DNA from: an uncultured Hyphomicrobiales bacterium
GTDB taxonomy: Bacteria; Pseudomonadota; Alphaproteobacteria; Rhizobiales; Xanthobacteraceae
NCBI GenBank assembly: GCA_964521045.1
Contig: CAZFPR010000002.1
Location: 9,314-52,720 of the forward strand
Length of the DNA: 43,407 nt
Reading direction: 5' to 3'
The notes below the pieces were generated by a model. The model was not told the DNA's origin and ran no database searches. It saw only the letters and a program-made list of their open reading frames with translations. This document shows, piece after piece, positions 27,996 to 37,206 of this stretch (position 1 is the first letter of the stretch; every line of letters begins with the position of its first letter). The position numbers were made by a program, and so were the translations under genes.

Positions 27996-28385
27996 TTACG
28001 CGGCAGGCGCGAAAACCGCGTCGATCTTGTTCTTGAGGGTCGCCGCATTGAACGGCTTCACGATGTAATTGTTCACGCCCGCTTTCTTCGCGGCGACCAC
28101 GTTCTCGGTCTTCGATTCCGCGGTGACCATGATGAAGGGCGTCTTTGCCAGATCGGGGTCGGCGCGCACTTCGCGCAGCAGTTCGTATCCCGTCATCGGC
28201 TCCATATTCCAGTCGGAGATCACGAGGCCGTATTTCTTTTCCTTGAGCTTGCCGAGCGCCTCTTTGCCGTCCGCAGCCTCATCCACGTCTTCGAAGCCGA
28301 GTTGCTTGAGGAGATTTCGAATGATCCGGATCATCGTCTTGTAGTCGTCGACGACAAGGATCGGCATACCAGTGTCAGCGGCCAT
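27996..28385 (-). CDS. cheY: Single-domain CheY-like response regulator
   Basis: ILVVDDYKTMIRII...VISDWNMEPMTG...IMVTAES...YIVKPF. GGAG Shine-Dalgarno. Confidence 0.9.
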   Translation of the reverse strand: MAADTGMPILVVDDYKTMIRIIRNLLKQLGFEDVDEAADGKEALGKLKEKKYGLVISDWNMEPMTGYELLREVRADPDLAKTPFIMVTAESKTENVVAAKKAGVNNYIVKPFNAATLKNKIDAVFAPAA

Positions 28386-28577
28386 CTTTCCTGCTCCGCG
28401 AATATTACCTGGCTGCCGTTCTGGCAGCCGTTAGAGCCTCTGGGGTACCAAAGGCGGCTTGCCATACGGTTAATTCCCTTTTCCCCCTCTATGGGTTATT
28501 GCGGTGCGGGAGCCCGTTGTGCCCTGCCGCAGAGCGGCCCGCTGCAACGGCTTGGGAGGGGTCTGGGTTTGAACAAG

Positions 28578-29030
28578 ATGCTGGACATGACGGCTTTCAA
28601 GCCGCTGTATTTCGAGGATATCCGGGTCGGCATGCGCGAAAGCGTCATGCGCACGGTCATGGATGAGGACGTGGTCGGCTTCGCCGAACTGACCGGCGAC
28701 CACAACCCGGTCCACCTCTCGGATATGTACGCCCAGAAGACCGTATTCGGGCAGCGCATCGCCCACGGCCTTTATACGGCGAGCCTGATCTCGGCGATCC
28801 TCGGCACCAAGCTGCCCGGCCCCGGCGCGGTCTATATTTCGCAGACCCTCGAATTCCACGGCCCCGTGAAGATCGGTGACGTGGTTACGGTCAGCGCGGA
28901 AGTCGTGGAGCTGATCGAGAAGGGCCGCCGCGTCGTGCTCTATTGTGAAGCGAAGGTAGACGGTCAAAAGGTGCTGGACGGGCAGGCCACCGTCTCGGTG
29001 CCGCGCAGACCGGCCTCTCCGCAACAGTAA
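28578..29030 (+). CDS. MaoC-like (R)-specific enoyl-CoA hydratase/dehydratase
   Basis: FAELTGDHNPVHLS...FGQRIAHG hot-dog hydratase motif. The track ORF from 27960 is an antisense extension over cheY/cheZ. Confidence 0.85.
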   Translation: MLDMTAFKPLYFEDIRVGMRESVMRTVMDEDVVGFAELTGDHNPVHLSDMYAQKTVFGQRIAHGLYTASLISAILGTKLPGPGAVYISQTLEFHGPVKIGDVVTVSAEVVELIEKGRRVVLYCEAKVDGQKVLDGQATVSVPRRPASPQQ

Positions 29031-29106
29031 GGCGCGATCCGGCTCGCTTGACTCGCTTGCGCGTGCGCGGGTTTAACCGGCGCAGCCGAAATCCAAGCGT
29101 TTCCTC

Positions 29107-30108
29107 ATGAAGCTGTCAGTTCCCAAGCGTTCGACCTGGCTGGTCGTTGCCGGTGTCGCCGCAGGACTAGTCCTGCCGCTCGCGCTTGGCGAAGCGTTCA
29201 TGCACCTGCGTCCGCCCCAGAACGTCCGGCAGTTTCTCGACGGCGATCTCGCGTTGAAGAGTTATTACAAGAGCGATCCGGTGCTGCGGATGAACTATCG
29301 CTCGCCCGATCTCTACGAACCGGCGGAAGCGCCGAAGCTCGCGCAGATTCCCAAGACCTCCGAAAAGCCGACCTGGACGTTCTTCGGCGTTTCGTTTGCT
29401 TTGGGTCTTTCGAATACGGCGCGGGCGACGATGCCCACGCATCGCATTCTTTTCTTCCGCGAGGCGAACGATCGCCTGAACATGCGCATCCAGCAGGCGC
29501 GGATGATTTTTGATTACGGCATCAGGTCGGATCGGCTGATTTTCGTGCTGATCCCGCTCGAGATCGCGCGCTACACCGAGACTCCGCTCTCGTATTTCAA
29601 CATCAACCGCGAAGGCAAGGTCGTCTATTCGGTTCGCAAGCCGCCGCGGCCGCTCGACTGGGCCGTCGACAACAGCCGGCTTGCGCTGATCGGCTGGGTG
29701 CGGGCGCGCAGGCACAACTACCTTCCGAACTTTCGTCTCTCCACCATCACCGAAAACGTGCCCGAGATCGTCGAGCGCGATTTCCGTCTGATGTTCGGCG
29801 AAATCGGCAAGCTGTCGCGCGAAAAGGGCGTGCCCGCGACCGTCGTCGTGCTGCCCGACCGGCGGCAGGTGCTCTACGACGGCTCGAACTATCAGTTGCA
29901 GAAGTCGATGGCGGCGCTGGCTAAAGAAGCGGGCATCGACTTCTACGATCCGGTCGAACTCTTACGCGCGCAGCCCGACCGCTGGGCGCTTTATGTGCCT
30001 GACTGGCACTACACCACGATGGGTTATGAGTTGGTCCTGAACGGTCTGAAGCAGCACATCGAGAAAAACACGAAGCGCGGCAGCGCAAACAGCGGGTTGC
30101 CGCAATGA
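29107..30108 (+). CDS. Membrane-anchored extracytoplasmic protein, putative acyl-transfer partner of the downstream MBOAT
   Basis: N-terminal TM anchor (WLVVAGVAAGLVLPLALG). Its stop overlaps the MBOAT start as ATGA. Possible SGNH/AlgJ-like residues are present (FFGVSFALG, VPDWHYT). The family was not recognised. Confidence 0.6.
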   Translation: MKLSVPKRSTWLVVAGVAAGLVLPLALGEAFMHLRPPQNVRQFLDGDLALKSYYKSDPVLRMNYRSPDLYEPAEAPKLAQIPKTSEKPTWTFFGVSFALGLSNTARATMPTHRILFFREANDRLNMRIQQARMIFDYGIRSDRLIFVLIPLEIARYTETPLSYFNINREGKVVYSVRKPPRPLDWAVDNSRLALIGWVRARRHNYLPNFRLSTITENVPEIVERDFRLMFGEIGKLSREKGVPATVVVLPDRRQVLYDGSNYQLQKSMAALAKEAGIDFYDPVELLRAQPDRWALYVPDWHYTTMGYELVLNGLKQHIEKNTKRGSANSGLPQ

Positions 30109-31577
30109 GTTTCGTCGATAGGGAATTCGTCTATTTCCTGCTGATCTTCTTCGCGGTCTGGCATTTCACGCGCGGCCGCTACGAGTTGAAGATCGCGGCG
30201 ATGCTTGCGATGAGCCTCCTGTTCTACGGGTTTCATCGCTGGTGGCTGATCTTGCTGATCGGCGCCTATTGCGTGGCCGACTGGGCGGCGGCACTTGCAA
30301 TCGACCGCGCGAAGAACGCGAGCCGAAAGAAACTCGCGCTGATCGCCGGCATCGCCTTCAATCTCGGCGTGCTCGCGGCATGGAAATACACGCCGCTTCT
30401 GATCGTCACGATCAATTCGCTCACCGGCTGGAAGCTGCCGGGCACCGAGGCCATCGACGGCTGGTTCATTCCGATGGGAATCTCGTTCTACGGGTTCTCC
30501 GGCATCGCCTACATGGTGGACGTCTATCGCGGCTTCGTGAAAGCGGAACCGAGCCTCGTCCGCTTCAGTCTGTTCACGACCTTCTTCCCGCATCTCGTCG
30601 CGGGGCCGATCTTGCGCGCGAAAGAATTTCTATCGCATCTGCGCCCCGGCGAGTTGCCGGACCGGCCCGAAGCGCCGCTCGAAGGCACCTTCCTGATCGC
30701 GCGCGGCTTCTTCAAGAAGCTCGTGCTCGCGGATTCGATCGCGATTGCGATCGATCCGTTCTTCGCCGACGTTTCGGGTGGCGCCACGGCCGGCGTGTGG
30801 TCGCTGCCTTATGTCTATCTCTACGCGCTGCAAATCTATTTCGACTTCTCCGGCTACACCGACATCGCGCGCGGGCTCGGCCTGTGGTTCGGCTTCCGCT
30901 GGCCCGACAATTTCAACTGGCCCTATCTCGCAACCTCGGTGCAGGATTTCTGGCGCCGCTGGCACATGACGCTGTCGCGCTTCCTGCGCGACTATCTCTA
31001 TATCCCGCTCGGCGGCAGCAAATACGGCGTGCGCACCACGCTGACCGCGCTCATGGTGACGATGCTGCTCGGTGGTCTGTGGCACGGCGCGAGCTGGTCC
31101 TTCATGATCTGGGGCGGACTGCACGGCATCTATCTCTGCATCAACTATCTCTGGGGTAAGACATCGCTGCACCAGACGCTCGCGAAATTGCAGGGCGTGC
31201 CCGCGCAACTCTGGACCGTGTTCTCGATCGTGCTCACGTTCCACGCCGTCTGCTTCGCGTGGATTTTCTTCCGGCTTTCTTCGCTCGCCGACATCGGCAA
31301 CTGCATCCGCAAGCTTTATGCGTTCGATGCGGGAAAACTTTTCGTCGGCGGCTCGGCGGACGTGGCGTTGTGGACGTTGCTGGCCGGATACGCGGTCGCA
31401 ACCGTGGCCGCGGTCGCGATTGCCCGGATGAAGCCGCTGCCGGAGGCGATCCCGCATTTCGAGCGGCAGGCTTTCGCGCGCGGTGCTGCGTGGGGAATTT
31501 CCGCCGGATTGCTCGTGCTGACCGCTGCACTTCAGCAGGTTGGCCAGGCGCCGCCTTTCATATACTTCCAGTTCTGA
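30105..31577 (+). CDS. MBOAT family O-acyltransferase (AlgI/DltB/PatA-like)
   Basis: FYGFSGIAYMVDVYRG, FFPHLVAGPI, FWRRWHMTLSRFLRDYLYIPLGGS and GGLWHGASW (catalytic His region). Confidence 0.9.
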   Translation: MSFVDREFVYFLLIFFAVWHFTRGRYELKIAAMLAMSLLFYGFHRWWLILLIGAYCVADWAAALAIDRAKNASRKKLALIAGIAFNLGVLAAWKYTPLLIVTINSLTGWKLPGTEAIDGWFIPMGISFYGFSGIAYMVDVYRGFVKAEPSLVRFSLFTTFFPHLVAGPILRAKEFLSHLRPGELPDRPEAPLEGTFLIARGFFKKLVLADSIAIAIDPFFADVSGGATAGVWSLPYVYLYALQIYFDFSGYTDIARGLGLWFGFRWPDNFNWPYLATSVQDFWRRWHMTLSRFLRDYLYIPLGGSKYGVRTTLTALMVTMLLGGLWHGASWSFMIWGGLHGIYLCINYLWGKTSLHQTLAKLQGVPAQLWTVFSIVLTFHAVCFAWIFFRLSSLADIGNCIRKLYAFDAGKLFVGGSADVALWTLLAGYAVATVAAVAIARMKPLPEAIPHFERQAFARGAAWGISAGLLVLTAALQQVGQAPPFIYFQF

Positions 31578-31578
31578 G

Positions 31579-32535
31579 ATGAACGTTCCGGCGGGGTTGC
31601 CAGCAGATTTCCACGTGATCCGCGACGGCGGGACCATGCCGCCCGCGCTCAGGCGCGGCTTCGCCGCGATCGGCAATTTCGACGGCCTGCATCGCGGGCA
31701 TCGCGCGGTGCTCGATGTCGCAAAAACGCACGCGAAGAAAAACAATGCCGCGGCGATGGCGCTCACCTTCGAGCCGCATCCGCGCAGCTTCTTCAAGCCG
31801 GACACGCCGACGTTCCGCATCACGCCGGAGGCCGTCAAGCTGCGCCTGTTCGCAGCGAACAGTCTCGGCGGCGCGGTGGTGATGCAGTTCAATAAGGAAC
31901 TTGCATCGCTTTCCGCGGAAGACTTCGTTTCGAAAATTCTCGTCGGCTGGCTCGGCATTGCGGGTGTTGTGGTCGGACACGATTTTCATTTCGGAAAGCA
32001 GCGGCAGGGCACTCCCGAGTTTCTGATCGGCGCGGGCAAGCGCCACGGCTTCGAAGTAGAGATCGTGCAGCCGCTGAACGACGGCGGCGTGCCGGTGTCG
32101 TCCGGAAAAATCCGCGATGCGCTGGAAGCGGGCGACATCGTCCGCGCAAACGAATTGCTCGGCTATCGCTGGTTCGTCACGGGCGAAGTGATCCACGGCG
32201 AGAAGCGCGGGCGCGAGCTTGGTTTTCCGACCGCGAATATCCGCCTCGACCCGTCCTGCAAGCTGCGGCACGGGATCTATGCCGTCCGCGCGCATGTTGG
32301 CGGTGGGCATTACGATGCCGTCGCGAGCTTCGGCCGCCGCCCGCAGTTTGATAACGGCGCGCCGCTGCTCGAGACTTTCCTGTTCGATTTCGCAGGCGAT
32401 CTCTATGGGCAAGAGATGACCGTCGAGTTCGCGGGCTTCATCCGCGACGAGGCGAAATTCGAGAGCCTCGATGCCCTGATCGCCCGGATGAACCGCGACA
32501 GCGAGCAGGCGAGGGCTATGCTCCGGAAAGGGTAG
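31579..32535 (+). CDS. ribF: Bifunctional riboflavin kinase / FMN adenylyltransferase
   Basis: AIGNFDGLHRGHRAV, LTFEPHP, GHDFHFG and GEKRGRELGFPTANI. ATG 31579 lies 1 nt after the MBOAT stop. Confidence 0.93.
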   Translation: MNVPAGLPADFHVIRDGGTMPPALRRGFAAIGNFDGLHRGHRAVLDVAKTHAKKNNAAAMALTFEPHPRSFFKPDTPTFRITPEAVKLRLFAANSLGGAVVMQFNKELASLSAEDFVSKILVGWLGIAGVVVGHDFHFGKQRQGTPEFLIGAGKRHGFEVEIVQPLNDGGVPVSSGKIRDALEAGDIVRANELLGYRWFVTGEVIHGEKRGRELGFPTANIRLDPSCKLRHGIYAVRAHVGGGHYDAVASFGRRPQFDNGAPLLETFLFDFAGDLYGQEMTVEFAGFIRDEAKFESLDALIARMNRDSEQARAMLRKG

Positions 32536-32538
32536 TTG

Positions 32539-32633
32539 CTTCATCCTTCGAGACGCCCGCTTCGCGGGCTCCTCAGGATGAGGCTTTACCTCATGGTGAG
32601 GAGCGCCCGAAGGGCGCGTCTCGAACCATGAGG
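32539..32633. repeat. REP/BIME-like double hairpin, copy 7 (both units in the opposite orientation to copy 1)
   Basis: CTTCATCCTTCGAGAC...CTCCTCAGGATGAGG is followed by CCTCATGGTGAGGAG...GTCTCGAACCATGAGG. The element begins 4 nt after the ribF stop. Confidence 0.9.
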
Positions 32634-32695
32634 TGCTGGAATCCCTTAGTTTCCGCTGCTAGAAGGCGGCCACATTCCGAGAGACCCGACCCCCG

Positions 32696-35668
32696 ATGGC
32701 CAAAGAAAAGAAGGACGGCCCCGATTATTCGGAGACGCTGTTCCTGCCCCAGACCGATTTTCCGATGCGCGCCGGCTTGCCCCAGAAGGAGCCGGAGATT
32801 CTCGCGCGCTGGCAGAAGATCGATCTCTACAAGCTGATGCGCGAGACGGCGAAGGGCCGCGAGAAATTCATTCTCCACGACGGCCCTCCCTACGCGAACG
32901 GCAACATCCATATCGGCCACGCGCTCAATAAAATTCTGAAGGATCTGGTGACGCGCACGCACCAGATGCTCGGTTACGACTCGAACTACGTTCCGGGCTG
33001 GGACTGTCACGGCCTGCCGATCGAATGGAAGATCGAGGAGCAGTACCGCGCCAAGGGGCAGGACAAGGATCAGGTCGAGATCAACGAGTTTCGCCGCCAG
33101 TGCCGCGATTTCGCACAGCACTGGATCGAGGTGCAGCGCGAGGAATTCAAGCGTCTCGGCGTCGAGGGCGACTGGAAGCATCCCTACACGACGATGAGCT
33201 TCGACGCGGAAGCGACGATCGCGCGCGAGATCATGAAATTTGCGGCGAACGGCACGCTTTATCGCGGCTCGAAGCCGGTGATGTGGTCGGTGGTGGAGAA
33301 GACCGCGCTCGCGGAGGCGGAGGTCGAATACGAGGATTACACGAGCGATACGATCTGGGTGAAGTTTCCGATTGTTCAAGCAACGGCGACAGGCAATCGG
33401 AATCTTGGAGTTCTGCTAGAGTCGTCGATCGTTATCTGGACGACGACTCCTTGGACGATCCCGGGAAATCGTGCAATCTCGTTCAATAAAAAAATTGCAT
33501 ATGGACTTTATCGCGTTGACGCAGCGCCGGACGGAAATTGGGCGAAGCAAGGCGACAAGCTAGTTCTTGCGGATAAACTCGCCGAGTCAGTGCTTAAGTC
33601 TGCGAAAGTAGAAAAATTTTCACGCCTTCAAGATGTGCCCGGTGACGAGCTTTGGGGATTCACTTGCGATCATCCACTGAATGGCAGGGGTTACGACTTT
33701 AAAGTCCCGCTCCTTGACGGCGATCACGTCACCGACGAAGACGGCACTGGCTTCGTGCACACGGCGCCCGGTCATGGCCGCGACGACTTCGACATCTGGA
33801 TGGCGAACGGCAAGCAGCTCACCGAGCGCGGCATCGACACGCATATTCCGTTTACGGTCGATGCCGACGGACGCCTGACCAAAGAAGCGCCGGGCTTCGA
33901 AGGCAAGCGCGTCATCGACGACAAGGGCAACAAGGGTGACGCGAACGACGCCGTCATCAAGGCGCTATCGGAAGCGAATGCGCTCATCGCGCGCTCTCGC
34001 CTCAAGCATCAATATCCGCATTCGTGGCGCTCGAAGAAGCCGGTAATCTATCGCAATACCCCGCAGTGGTTCATCGCGATGGACAAGAAGATTTCGGCTT
34101 TCGGTGCCACGCTGCGCGGCCTCGCGCTCCAAGGCATCAAGGATGTGAAATGGGTGCCGCAGTCCGGCGAAAACCGCATCAACGGCATGATCGAGAATCG
34201 CCCGGACTGGGTGATCTCGCGCCAGCGCGCATGGGGCGTGCCGATCGCGGTCTTCGTGAATAAAGACACCGGCGAAACGCTCATCGACGAGCGCGTGAAC
34301 AAGCGCATCACCGAGGCCTTCCAGAAAGAAGGTGCCGATGCCTGGTTCGCCGATAAAGACGGCGCGCGTTTTCTCTCGCCCGACTTCGATCCTGCGAAAT
34401 TCGAGAAGGTGAACGACATTCTCGACGTGTGGTTCGATTCGGGCTCGACCCACGCCTTCGTACTCGAAGACGAAAAGCAGTTTCCTCAACTCGCGGGCAT
34501 CAAGCGCAAACGCGACGGCGGCAAGGATACCGTGATGTATCTCGAAGGGTCGGACCAGCATCGCGGCTGGTTCCATTCTTCGTTGCTGGAATCCTGCGGC
34601 ACGCGCGGGCGCCCGCCTTATGATGTGGTGCTGACGCACGGCTTCACGCTGGACGAGCAGGGCCGCAAGATGTCGAAGTCGCTCGGCAATACGGTAGAGC
34701 CGCAGAAGGTCATCAAGGAAAGCGGCGCGGACATTCTCCGCATGTGGGTCGCCGCGACCGATTACTCCGACGATCAGCGCATCGGCCCGGAAATCCTGAA
34801 GACTACCGTCGATACCTACCGGAAGCTGCGCAACACCATGCGCTGGATTCTCGGCTCGCTCGCGCCCTTCACGGAAAAGGATCGCATCGCGTTCGAACAG
34901 ATGCCGGAGCTTGAGAAGCTCATGCTGCACCGTCTCGCGGAGATGGATGCGGTGATCCGTAAGTCCTACGCCGAGTTCGATTACAAGCGCGTCTTCGCCT
35001 CGCTCGCGCAGTTCATGACGGTCGATCTTTCGGCGTTCTATTTCGACATCCGCAAGGACACGCTCTATTGCGACCCGATCTCTTCGATTGCGCGCAAGTC
35101 GTGCCTCACCGTTCTCGATCACTCATTTAAGTGCCTCACGACCTGGATCGCGCCGATCCTGTGCTTCACGGCGGAAGAAGTCTGGCTCTCGCGCTTCCCG
35201 AGCGAGAACGGTTCCGTGCACAACGAAACCTTCCCGGAAATTCCGGCAAGCTGGCGCAACGATGCGCTCTCCGAGAAGTGGAAGAAAATCCGCACTGTTC
35301 GCCGCGCCGTCACCGGCGCGTTGGAGATCGAGCGCGCGCAGAAGCGCATCGGCTCCTCGCTCGAAGCCGCACCCGTGATCTACATCGCCGACAAGGAGCT
35401 GTTAGAGGCCTGCAAGGGCATCGACATGGCCGAGGTCTGCATCACCTCGGATGCGAAGATCGAGAGCGGCGAGGGGCCGAAGGATGCCTTCCGCATGCCG
35501 GAAGTGGCGGGCGTCGCCGTGGTGCCCATGCGCGCGGACGGAACGAAGTGCGCGCGTTCGTGGAAAATCTCGAAGCTTGTCGGCACCGACAAGGAATATC
35601 CCGACGTAACCCCGCGCGATGCAGACGCGCTCCGCGAGTACCATGCCGCGCGCAAAGCAGCCGAATAA
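32696..35668 (+). CDS. ileS: Isoleucine--tRNA ligase
   Basis: [20 protein letters not shown] (HIGH), WTTTPWTIP (CP1 editing domain) and KMSKSLGN (KMSKS). 990 aa. Confidence 0.97.
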   Translation: MAKEKKDGPDYSETLFLPQTDFPMRAGLPQKEPEILARWQKIDLYKLMRETAKGREKFILHDGPPYANGNIHIGHALNKILKDLVTRTHQMLGYDSNYVPGWDCHGLPIEWKIEEQYRAKGQDKDQVEINEFRRQCRDFAQHWIEVQREEFKRLGVEGDWKHPYTTMSFDAEATIAREIMKFAANGTLYRGSKPVMWSVVEKTALAEAEVEYEDYTSDTIWVKFPIVQATATGNRNLGVLLESSIVIWTTTPWTIPGNRAISFNKKIAYGLYRVDAAPDGNWAKQGDKLVLADKLAESVLKSAKVEKFSRLQDVPGDELWGFTCDHPLNGRGYDFKVPLLDGDHVTDEDGTGFVHTAPGHGRDDFDIWMANGKQLTERGIDTHIPFTVDADGRLTKEAPGFEGKRVIDDKGNKGDANDAVIKALSEANALIARSRLKHQYPHSWRSKKPVIYRNTPQWFIAMDKKISAFGATLRGLALQGIKDVKWVPQSGENRINGMIENRPDWVISRQRAWGVPIAVFVNKDTGETLIDERVNKRITEAFQKEGADAWFADKDGARFLSPDFDPAKFEKVNDILDVWFDSGSTHAFVLEDEKQFPQLAGIKRKRDGGKDTVMYLEGSDQHRGWFHSSLLESCGTRGRPPYDVVLTHGFTLDEQGRKMSKSLGNTVEPQKVIKESGADILRMWVAATDYSDDQRIGPEILKTTVDTYRKLRNTMRWILGSLAPFTEKDRIAFEQMPELEKLMLHRLAEMDAVIRKSYAEFDYKRVFASLAQFMTVDLSAFYFDIRKDTLYCDPISSIARKSCLTVLDHSFKCLTTWIAPILCFTAEEVWLSRFPSENGSVHNETFPEIPASWRNDALSEKWKKIRTVRRAVTGALEIERAQKRIGSSLEAAPVIYIADKELLEACKGIDMAEVCITSDAKIESGEGPKDAFRMPEVAGVAVVPMRADGTKCARSWKISKLVGTDKEYPDVTPRDADALREYHAARKAAE

Positions 35669-35747
35669 AAAGCGCGTCTCGAACACGACCGAGAAGAAAA
35701 CGACGCCGCAGAGGCGTGCGTCCGCGCGCGCGAAAGCGGTGCGGGCC

Positions 35748-36254
35748 ATGCCGGCTGCGCCGGTCCTCGGCATGTATTTCGGTATGGGCCTCCTGATCGC
35801 GGCCGTGACCTTCGCGCTCGACCAGATCACGAAATATGCTGTGCTTTACGGGCTCGATCTTGTGGCGCGCGGAAAAATCTACGTCGCCCCGTTTGCCGAC
35901 TTTGTGCTGGCCATGAACCGGGGCATTTCCTACGGGCTTTTTCCACAGGACGGGGAACTCGGCCGCTGGCTCCTGTTCTCGATCAAAATCGGGGCCTCGG
36001 TGCTGTTCTTTTTCTGGCTGCGGCGGGCGGCCACACCGGTCGTAGCGGCCTCGCTGGGGCTCCTGATCGGGGGGGGGCTGGGCAATGCGCTGGACCGGGC
36101 GGTCTATGGCGCGGTGGTGGATTTCGTGGCCCTGCATGCCTTTGGCTACCGCTGGTACGTGTTTAACCTTGCGGATGCGGCCATCGTTGCCGGGGTAATC
36201 GGCCTCATATACGATGCGTTAAGGCCTAACGCCTTGAAATCGCCGCCAGAGTGA
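35748..36254 (+). CDS. lspA: Lipoprotein signal peptidase (signal peptidase II)
   Basis: NRGISYGLF, LGNALDR and VVDFVA...FNLADAAI are LspA blocks. The start is uncertain: ATG 35748 gives 168 aa, while earlier in-frame starts (35643, 35619) overlap the ileS end. Confidence 0.85.
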   Translation: MPAAPVLGMYFGMGLLIAAVTFALDQITKYAVLYGLDLVARGKIYVAPFADFVLAMNRGISYGLFPQDGELGRWLLFSIKIGASVLFFFWLRRAATPVVAASLGLLIGGGLGNALDRAVYGAVVDFVALHAFGYRWYVFNLADAAIVAGVIGLIYDALRPNALKSPPE

Positions 36255-36301
36255 GGGATTTGACCCCTCCTGTAAGCCGCTTTCCGTGCCCGAGGCTCGT
36301 C

Positions 36302-37132
36302 ATGTCGCAGCGCCGTTTCCTGTCTCTACTCGCCGCCTTCGGTTTTGGGCTGGCCGTGATCGCTGGCGCCATGCAGCCGTCCTTCGCCGAGGACGACGAA
36401 GAAGAGCAGCCGAATTTCATGAGCCAGCTTCTGGGCTCCGTCGGCCTGCTCGCGTTGCCCGGCCCGCAGATCAATTATCAGGAGCGCCCGCCGCTCGTGG
36501 TTCCGCCGATCACGCCCTACGCGCAGCCGGTCCTTCCGGCGCCGTCGGCGACCACCTCGCAGCAGAACCCGTGGGACTTCAGCGCTCCTCAGCAGACCAC
36601 GGTAACGCCCGAGCAGCAGTTCCAGCGTCCGCCGCAGCAGGCGCTCGTATTGCCCACGCCGGTGGAGCCGAACTCCGCGCGCATCCGCAATCCTGACTTC
36701 CCGATCGATCCGGAAGTGAAGGCCGCGCAGAAGCGCAAGAAGAGCGGCAACCGCATCGTTTCCCGCGCGCTCGACGATCCGAGCTACAACGGCCGTACGC
36801 TCCGTCCCGACGAACTGAAGCTCCGCGGCGCCGCGACCAAGAAGGGATCCGGAACCGACGCGAGCACGAACGACGCGCAATCGACCGTTCAGGAACTCGG
36901 CGTGCCGTCCATCGCGAAGATGCTGCCTATGATCGGCCGCGAGCAGCACGAGAAGCCGATCGAGTTCACGAGCGAGCCCGAGCGCCAGACGCTGACTCAG
37001 CCGCCGGCAGGCTATCTCACTCCGTCGAAGAACGCGCCCTATGGCGTCGTCACCAAGGACAAGTGGCGCGACGACAGAAAGCTCGTGCATCCGAACATGC
37101 CGGACTACACCGGCGACCGGCCGACGAATTAA
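36302..37132 (+). CDS. Secreted Pro/Gln-rich, probably disordered protein of unknown function
   Basis: Signal peptide MSQRRFLSLLAAFGFGLAVIAGAMQPSFA|EDD. The rest is low complexity with an ERPPLVVPP motif. It occupies a conserved position between lspA and the M16 peptidases. Confidence 0.6.
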   Translation: MSQRRFLSLLAAFGFGLAVIAGAMQPSFAEDDEEEQPNFMSQLLGSVGLLALPGPQINYQERPPLVVPPITPYAQPVLPAPSATTSQQNPWDFSAPQQTTVTPEQQFQRPPQQALVLPTPVEPNSARIRNPDFPIDPEVKAAQKRKKSGNRIVSRALDDPSYNGRTLRPDELKLRGAATKKGSGTDASTNDAQSTVQELGVPSIAKMLPMIGREQHEKPIEFTSEPERQTLTQPPAGYLTPSKNAPYGVVTKDKWRDDRKLVHPNMPDYTGDRPTN

Positions 37133-37206
37133 CCCTGACAGGGCCAAGCCGCACGTGAAAGCGTAGTCCGCTGCGTGCGTCCGGATCAGACGGAGCAGTC
37201 CAAAAG

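Noticed and set aside
28403-28425. Sigma54-like promoter TGGCTGCCGTTCTGGCA upstream of maoC, and CTGGAAATTGGCCGCAAT on the minus strand near 24815-24835
   Set aside because: The GG-to-GC spacing is off by one nucleotide in both cases relative to TGGCAC-N5-TTGC, and the -12 elements are poor.
27960-28577. N-terminal 206 codons of track ORF 27960-29030
   Set aside because: This part is antisense to cheY and to the cheZ-like start. The MaoC homology begins only at ATG 28578.
30630-32544. Minus-strand ORFs 30630-31958 (442 aa) and 31558-32544 (328 aa)
   Set aside because: They are antisense to the MBOAT and ribF genes, which have clear family motifs. Their composition is that of shadow ORFs.
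33965-35122. 385-aa minus-strand ORF inside ileS
   Set aside because: It is antisense to ileS (the KMSKS region) and has no motifs.
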